Made by a program: the position numbers and the translations under genes. A DNA stretch of 64,000 bases from Candidatus Poribacteria bacterium (GTDB lineage: Bacteria; Poribacteria; WGA-4E; WGA-3G), in the NCBI GenBank assembly GCA_965205015.1, contig OZ242029.1, positions 455,937-519,936 of the forward strand, given 5' to 3'. Positions 58,191 through 64,000 of this stretch are shown in pieces (the stretch's first letter is position 1; every line of letters starts with the position of its first letter). The notes beneath the pieces were generated by a model. It saw only the letters and a program-made list of their open reading frames with translations. It was not told the origin of the DNA and did not search any database.

Positions 58191-59270
58191 TTACTCAACC
58201 CTGGGTTGTCTTGCAGTTGGGTTTCTTTGTAAACGGACTTTTGAGTCTTTCAACGGAAGTTCAATACGTGCACCGTTGTGTAGATGTGATTCAATGATGC
58301 CAAAAATCAGTTCCGTGCTGGCATACGCGCACCGGACCCCGCCTCGGGTCGGTTCACCTGTATCTAATGCGTGAACAAGGTCTTTAACCAAGTTGGCTGT
58401 GCTACTGGTACGTTCAAATTCAGGAAAAGTTTCAGGTACCTGACATGCCCGCCACCCCGGTACATCTTGCTGTTTACGGAGATGCCACTGCCAACCGTTG
58501 TTCCAGCACGTAACGGTTCCACTATCACAAATTGCTTCCCATTCACTACTGCGTGGGGTTAGCAGCGCATGTGCCGTCACACCATTTTCAAACTGGATCG
58601 TTCCCCCGCCAGACGGATCAACTCGCAGTTCATCGCCATCAAAAACCGAATCGCCTTGTGGTAGATAGCCTGTGATCCAACTCGCAGACGCATCACTATT
58701 CAAACGTAAAATTAGGTCGAAGTGATGGCTGGCTGAGTTGAAAAGTGTGCCGTTTGAATAGATAATCAAGGTGCGTAGATTACCGATTTCACCACTGTCA
58801 ATGACCTCTTTCATCTTGTCGAAACCTGTATGCCACCGGCGATTCGTGCCGAGGTTAAAGGCAACGTTGTTTTCTTCTACCGCCGATACCATTGCGGCTG
58901 CCTCGTCCATAGAAGCCGCCATCGCCTTTTCTGCATAGATGGCTTTCACACCGTGTTCCGCTGCGTAAATAACAATTTCGGCGCGATGCTCGGGTTGTGT
59001 GGCAACGCTGACGATATCAGGCTGTTCTTTTTCCAGCATGTCACGATAATCGGTGTATTGATTCGCTTTTGGAACATTATATCGGTTCCCAAAATGTTCC
59101 ATAACTTCTGGACGCAGATCCGCACATGCGACAAGGTCGGTTCGCTCTTCGGCAAAAAAGCCTGCAGCATGGGAATACGGTAACATAATCGCTTCGTAAT
59201 CGGGGACTTCGTTATCAATAAATGCCCCCATCCGGCTACAACCGATAACAGCAGCACGATACGTTTTCAT
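58191..59270 (-). CDS. Gfo/Idh/MocA-family oxidoreductase
   Basis: An N-terminal YRAAVIGCSRMGAF Rossmann motif, an EKA/EKP motif (IYAEKAMAAS) and a MocA C-terminal domain. The start is at the internal ATG encoding MKTYRAA. Confidence 0.8.
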   Translation of the reverse strand: MKTYRAAVIGCSRMGAFIDNEVPDYEAIMLPYSHAAGFFAEERTDLVACADLRPEVMEHFGNRYNVPKANQYTDYRDMLEKEQPDIVSVATQPEHRAEIVIYAAEHGVKAIYAEKAMAASMDEAAAMVSAVEENNVAFNLGTNRRWHTGFDKMKEVIDSGEIGNLRTLIIYSNGTLFNSASHHFDLILRLNSDASASWITGYLPQGDSVFDGDELRVDPSGGGTIQFENGVTAHALLTPRSSEWEAICDSGTVTCWNNGWQWHLRKQQDVPGWRACQVPETFPEFERTSSTANLVKDLVHALDTGEPTRGGVRCAYASTELIFGIIESHLHNGARIELPLKDSKVRLQRNPTARQPRVE

Positions 59271-59531
59271 CGGTATTCTCCTCATCCTGAATAAAATAAT
59301 TTGATAGGTCCTTCCACCGCGTTCGATCAATCGCTCACTCATCAGAAGAATAACCAATTTCCGAAAACACGTCAAGAAAAATCAGCACATCGTTCACATG
59401 ATGCCTCCTAAAGTGCATCCAAAATTGTATGTAGATGAAACATTATCACGTTTTAGCAGAGCCTTAACAAACGTTTCTTTGAATCATTCGCAAAAATTTG
59501 AAGCGATTCGGGGTAGACAACACAAAGGGAA

Positions 59532-60743
59532 TTGAAGCCTATGGCAATGTCTGTTTACGCTGGCACAACTTTAAGTGAAGCAGAAAAGATTATCGCAGGC
59601 GATTACTCGGCTTTTGATTGGCGGGAGCACGTCACCTATAGCAGGGTTTACCTCGATATGAATCCAGCGATTCGGGATGCCGAAAACGCCGTTGACACCG
59701 ACCAAGACAAACCCGTTGTTGTCGCACTGCTGCTCAAATCAGAGAAGATGCTCGTCAAAGACCGAGTCAGACGTCTCAGTGCGATCAAAGCCGCACGCAT
59801 TATACCGGACGAGGAACTCCTCAAACGGACAGGCTATCTCTTCGATAACGAAAAATTGATCGGACTTCCCGAAGGTATCGTGATGCGTGCCAGCAACGGT
59901 GTTTACATCGTGCAGTGCGATGCGGATCAATATCAATGTTCGCTACGCGGAAAACGAGATGCCTTTAGCACAAATCAGCAGGTTTATGTTGGGGACCGCG
60001 TCAAAATTCAGGTGATTGATGAAACGCATGGCACGATTGCAGCCGTTATGCGCCGCAAGAGCCAATATAAACGAAAGGGAACGCAGTCCAAACGGGTTAT
60101 TCTTATTCCAAATCTCGATGGGCTTGTCATCGTTTCTTCTGTAAAAGAACCGCCCATCTGGCAACGCATGCTGGACGGATTCCTTGTTATCGCCGAGGCA
60201 TCCGGAATTGAACCGCTTATCTGTTTCAATAAAATTGATATGCTCGAAAATCGATTGGAAGTGGAGTCGATAGCAACAGTTTACCAAAAAATCGGTTATC
60301 GGACACTCCTCACGAGTGCGACGACCGGCGAGGGAATCGAGGACTTGAAAGCGTGGATGAAAGGGAAAATTTCGGCATTCACAGGATTATCGGGAGTCGG
60401 AAAATCTTCGCTCCTGAATGCCATTCAGCCCAATTTGAAACTGAAAACGAACACAGTGAATCCGAGACGAGGCGGAAGACACACGACGGTTGCAACCCAA
60501 CTTTACAATTTGGATTTCGGCGGTTTTATCGCCGATACACCGGGGCTGCGAGAATTAAACTTTTGGGACATCGAGCCGCGCTTGATGGACCGCTATTTTC
60601 CAGAGATGAACTCACTCCGAGAGCATTGCACTAACAGCTCCTGCGGGCATATTGATGAGAAAGGCTGTCGCGTGGAAGATGCCCTGAAAAAAGGGGACAT
60701 CTCACAGTCTCGGTATGAAAGTTACCGTGAATTTCGAAAATAG
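59532..60743 (+). CDS. rsgA: Ribosome small-subunit-dependent GTPase A (RsgA/YjeQ) with an N-terminal ~115-aa extension
   Basis: An OB-fold (GIVMRASNGVYIVQCD...CSLRGK), a circularly permuted GTPase (G4 FNKID, G1 GLSGVGKSSLLN, G3 DTPG) and a C-terminal zinc knuckle (CTNSSCGHIDEKGC). Confidence 0.85.
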   Translation: MKPMAMSVYAGTTLSEAEKIIAGDYSAFDWREHVTYSRVYLDMNPAIRDAENAVDTDQDKPVVVALLLKSEKMLVKDRVRRLSAIKAARIIPDEELLKRTGYLFDNEKLIGLPEGIVMRASNGVYIVQCDADQYQCSLRGKRDAFSTNQQVYVGDRVKIQVIDETHGTIAAVMRRKSQYKRKGTQSKRVILIPNLDGLVIVSSVKEPPIWQRMLDGFLVIAEASGIEPLICFNKIDMLENRLEVESIATVYQKIGYRTLLTSATTGEGIEDLKAWMKGKISAFTGLSGVGKSSLLNAIQPNLKLKTNTVNPRRGGRHTTVATQLYNLDFGGFIADTPGLRELNFWDIEPRLMDRYFPEMNSLREHCTNSSCGHIDEKGCRVEDALKKGDISQSRYESYREFRK

Positions 60744-60830
60744 AGCGATTAGTATAAACACAAGAGGTTTGGACTTCCCTCCGCGCTGGCGAGGTTTCCT
60801 AACCTCGCAACTATCATTGGTGATTACGGA

Positions 60831-61544
60831 GTGAAATCTGTGAGTGAAAAATTATGTATCATGACGGCTTACGCCGACGAAACACATACACTCCTGAACG
60901 TCTTGGGTCAGGAGGTTGGGGATTCGGTTGACTGGAACAGTAGACTCCAGTTTGAAGGGTCGGATGGAGACAAAAAATGGGTCGTCATGCAGTCAGGGAT
61001 GGGCAAAGTCCGCGCGGCATCGATGTGCCAAATGATAATAGACACATATCAGGTAGACACCTTCTTTGAGTTCGGATTTGCCGGTGGATTGGTCGATACC
61101 CTGGATATCGGAGACATCGTCGTGATTACGGGTGTCTCTGAACACGACGTGCCGAATCGATCAGAAATTCAGCGCGAGCAAGATGAATGGAGAGCGCGTC
61201 TTTTTCAGGCTTCTGCACCTTCAATAAGCACATTCGCAACTACCTTATCAACGGATCCCAATGTTACAATTACAAAAGCCCCTGTAATCTGCGGAGATAT
61301 GGACGTATATAACCGTGCAGTGAGGGACAAAATCGCAGTAGAGAGTGGAGCCGTCGCAGTGAATTGGGAATCGTCGGCGATTGTGGATGTCTGCGCGCTT
61401 AACAACGTCAAATACGTCGGCATCCGCGTCATATCCGATCTGTGTATCGAAGAGGATAGCGGACCTATCCCAAAGGAACGGATTGAACGCTTGCATGAAT
61501 CAACCAAAACTTACGTAAATGCTTTAGTGGATTTCAATAATTGA
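60831..61544 (+). CDS. PNP/UDP phosphorylase-fold nucleosidase (MTA/SAH nucleosidase-like)
   Basis: FGFAGGL, VGIRVISD and overall length about 235 aa fit the Pfs/MTAN-family fold. Confidence 0.55.
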   Translation: MKSVSEKLCIMTAYADETHTLLNVLGQEVGDSVDWNSRLQFEGSDGDKKWVVMQSGMGKVRAASMCQMIIDTYQVDTFFEFGFAGGLVDTLDIGDIVVITGVSEHDVPNRSEIQREQDEWRARLFQASAPSISTFATTLSTDPNVTITKAPVICGDMDVYNRAVRDKIAVESGAVAVNWESSAIVDVCALNNVKYVGIRVISDLCIEEDSGPIPKERIERLHESTKTYVNALVDFNN

Positions 61545-61663
61545 TTTGGTACAAGTCGCTTTAGAATTTCGATTTAGACAACTGTGAATTTGACATCCAT
61601 CTCACATTATGATAGGATACGGCATTAGCGATAGAACCAACCAGCGATTAGGAGGAATACCAC

Positions 61664-64000
61664 ATGCGATGCCCAACAAATCGAGACAACACTCTTGCCA
61701 AAAAAGGAGTTCGCAGTCCACTTTACTTGATACTTATCAGTTGGATGCTGTTTTCAGTTGTTATTTCCGTAGGTTTCACCGATGAATTGAGCCTCGTTAC
61801 TGAAGTGGAGTTTCAACCCTTTGCATCAGCGACCCAACGACTCATTGAGGCGTTGGATTATCTCGGTTCACCCCTCTCTGAAGAAGACCTTTCAATAATC
61901 AAGGAAGCCTTGATCTCCGATGATCACACACAGGCGATTGTTGATATCCAAAAAACGCTTGACGCATACTGTTTAGCAGGTGTCAATATCAATCCTGAAA
62001 GCCGCGTGAAGGTGAAGGAAGGTCCGGTAGACAAGGAACTGATGCAGCGGGGTTGGCGCACCTTTTTAGTAAAAGTCCACAACGAGGCCGGCGTGACAGC
62101 CCCCTTAGCCGCAGAGAGTGGGAACGCGGCGCCCCTATATAAGCGTTCCACTGGAAGGCCTGACCCAGAGATGACTGTACCAAAAAGCGATATTCCGCAC
62201 CGGTTTCTCGATATTGTGGTCTATTCTAACCCGCCCTTGAAGGCGAGCCTTTCCGGACTGGAATTGGAATATCGTATTGTTCAACTCTATAGCCGCGATG
62301 CCGGCAAACGGGAAGCGATGCTCGGTTTCAACGTCGGTCAAGGGACCCAAGACATCGGCTTCCGCAGCGAAGTTCCTATCCTATTCGACTGTGTACCGGC
62401 GGTAAACGTAACGCTTGAAGTCTTGGACTTCGACGGAAAACCGACAACCGCGGGTTTTATCATTCGAGACGAATTGAACCGCGTGTATCCATCGCGCGGG
62501 CGACGCTTGGCACCCGATTTCTTTTTTCATAACCAAATCTATCGGCACAACGGCGAATCGGTGCTTCTACCACCCGGAAAATATAAGGTCGAGTACACAC
62601 GAGGACCGGAATACCGAGTCAAGACCCAAACCATTACCGTCCCGAATACCGAAACACATCAAGAGACATTTCATTTGGAAAGATGGATCCATATCGCAGC
62701 GGAAGGCTGGCGTTCCGGGGATCATCACGTCCATGCCGCGGGTTGCGCCCACTACGAAAGCCCTACCGAGGGTGTCACACCGGAAGACATGATGCGACAC
62801 ATTCTCGGAGAGGATCTCAACGTCGGGTGCGTCCTCTCGTGGGGACCCTGTTGGTATTACCAGAAGCAGTTTTTCGAGGGCAAAATCCACGAACTCTCGA
62901 CCGATGACTACGTGATCCGCTACGATGTGGAGGTTTCCGGCTTCCCTTCCTCACACGCAGGACATCTCTCGTTGCTTGCCTTGACTGAAGACGACTACAA
63001 CGGTACCGAGCGCATTGAAGAATGGCCGAGTTGGGACCTCCCCATCCTCCAATGGGCGAAAGAACAGGGCGCGGTAACGGGCTTCAGTCACAGCGGTTGG
63101 GGTTTGAAAGTGGATGGAGACGAGCTCCCCAATTACAACATGCCCCCTTTCGATGGCATCGGTGCTAACGAGTATATCGTGGATGTCGTTCACGACGTTG
63201 TTGATTTCATCTCTACTGTAGACACACCCGCTATTTGGGAATTGAGTATCTGGTATCATACCCTGAACTGTGGTTTCCGCACTCGAATCAGTGGCGAGAC
63301 GGATTTCCCTTGCATCTACGGTGAACGCGTCGGATTAGGTCGCATATACGTAAAAATGCCTGCGGGTTCCCTTGATTTCGATGCGTGGGCAGCAGGATTG
63401 CGAGACGGGCGTTCCTACGTCGGCGACGGTAAAAGCCATCTGCTGGACTTCACTGTCGGTGGTGTGCCAGTTGGCGAAAAGTCACCGACCGGACAACTCA
63501 GTCAGTTGGATCTGGAAGCACCCAACACAGTAACCATCACCGCTCGCGTCGCCGCACGGCTCAATGAAGCACCTAAGCCTGAGATACAGAACCGTCCGTT
63601 GGATCAAAAACCGTACTGGGATATCGAACGGGCACGCATTGCGGAAGAACGGAAAGTGCCTGTTGAACTCATCGTCAACGGTGAATCCGTCGAGACGCAA
63701 GAAATTGTGGCTAACGGTGAAATCATTCCTATTCAATTTGAGGCACCCATTGATAGGTCGAGTTGGGTGGCGTTACGGATTTTCCCCTCGTCTCATACGA
63801 ATCCGGTTTTCGTTATTGTCGATGGAAAGCCGATCCGAGCCAGTCGTAGAAGCGCGCAGTGGTGTTTGGAGGCAGTCGAAGTCTGCTGGAACGCAAAGGT
63901 TGATCGCATTCGAGAGGAGGAACGCGAAGCCGCCCGTACGGCATACAACGTAGCATCGCAGACATATCAAAAGATTCTCGAAGAATCCGATGTAGACTGA
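61664..64000 (+). CDS. Secreted PHP-like (CehA/McbA-family) metallohydrolase domain protein
   Basis: A signal/TM segment at the N-terminus, a GDHHVHAAGCAHY PHP-type His cluster mid-protein and length 778 aa. The stop coincides with the window end. Confidence 0.45.
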   Translation: MRCPTNRDNTLAKKGVRSPLYLILISWMLFSVVISVGFTDELSLVTEVEFQPFASATQRLIEALDYLGSPLSEEDLSIIKEALISDDHTQAIVDIQKTLDAYCLAGVNINPESRVKVKEGPVDKELMQRGWRTFLVKVHNEAGVTAPLAAESGNAAPLYKRSTGRPDPEMTVPKSDIPHRFLDIVVYSNPPLKASLSGLELEYRIVQLYSRDAGKREAMLGFNVGQGTQDIGFRSEVPILFDCVPAVNVTLEVLDFDGKPTTAGFIIRDELNRVYPSRGRRLAPDFFFHNQIYRHNGESVLLPPGKYKVEYTRGPEYRVKTQTITVPNTETHQETFHLERWIHIAAEGWRSGDHHVHAAGCAHYESPTEGVTPEDMMRHILGEDLNVGCVLSWGPCWYYQKQFFEGKIHELSTDDYVIRYDVEVSGFPSSHAGHLSLLALTEDDYNGTERIEEWPSWDLPILQWAKEQGAVTGFSHSGWGLKVDGDELPNYNMPPFDGIGANEYIVDVVHDVVDFISTVDTPAIWELSIWYHTLNCGFRTRISGETDFPCIYGERVGLGRIYVKMPAGSLDFDAWAAGLRDGRSYVGDGKSHLLDFTVGGVPVGEKSPTGQLSQLDLEAPNTVTITARVAARLNEAPKPEIQNRPLDQKPYWDIERARIAEERKVPVELIVNGESVETQEIVANGEIIPIQFEAPIDRSSWVALRIFPSSHTNPVFVIVDGKPIRASRRSAQWCLEAVEVCWNAKVDRIREEEREAARTAYNVASQTYQKILEESDVD

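Overview
This 64-kb window looks like a contig from an uncultivated bacterium. GC content is about 50%, coding density is high on both strands, and I found no rRNA, tRNA or CRISPR arrays. Many genes encode secreted or cell-surface proteins (FG-GAP/ASPIC, LamG, lamin-tail, CBM9-like, BNR, TPR), which suggests a PVC- or FCB-group-like lineage.

Most genes are ordinary metabolic or housekeeping functions. These include MTHFS, ComEA, an FAD oxidoreductase, a HAD dehalogenase, two MocA oxidoreductases, a Zn-ADH, PepE, RsgA, MTAN, an enolase-superfamily dehydratase, two PhyH dioxygenases and several GNATs and methyltransferases.

The accessory content is more interesting.

1. A compact IS200/IS605-like element carries an HNH-less IscB homologue (IsrB, OMEGA RNA-guided nickase) with a probable upstream omega-RNA. 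Matching CGCCCTAAAGG hairpins sit on both flanks.
2. A second OMEGA nuclease (TnpB) element and an IS4-family element, the latter with 21-bp inverted repeats and a 10-bp target duplication, have both inserted into one SAM-methyltransferase gene.
3. On the minus strand, a B12-binding radical-SAM gene sits with a heterodimeric ABC exporter and a beta-propeller protein.
4. A sigma-70-like promoter precedes a secreted lamin-tail-domain protein gene, followed by two tandem paralogous trypsin-like protease-TPR lipoproteins.
5. An ECF sigma factor is fused through one TM helix to a roughly 750-aa BNR beta-propeller, and the gene contains a fresh 111-bp in-frame tandem duplication.
6. A nine-gene plus-strand block of tailoring-type enzymes (sulfotransferase, DHDPS-like aldolase, APH-like kinase, enolase, MTase, ADA-like, GNATs) ends at an ABC exporter. 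A second ADA-like paralogue 9 kb away is about 90% nucleotide-identical in its 3' half.
7. A DUF433/DUF5615/HicB-like toxin-antitoxin module lies next to a multi-zinc-ribbon protein.
8. There is a stand-alone EutN/CcmL microcompartment vertex gene, and AAC(3)- and APH-family resistance-like genes.

My best candidate for a previously unannotated system is the IsrB plus omega-RNA OMEGA element. The radical-SAM/ABC operon and the membrane-tethered ECF-BNR sigma factor are the runners-up.
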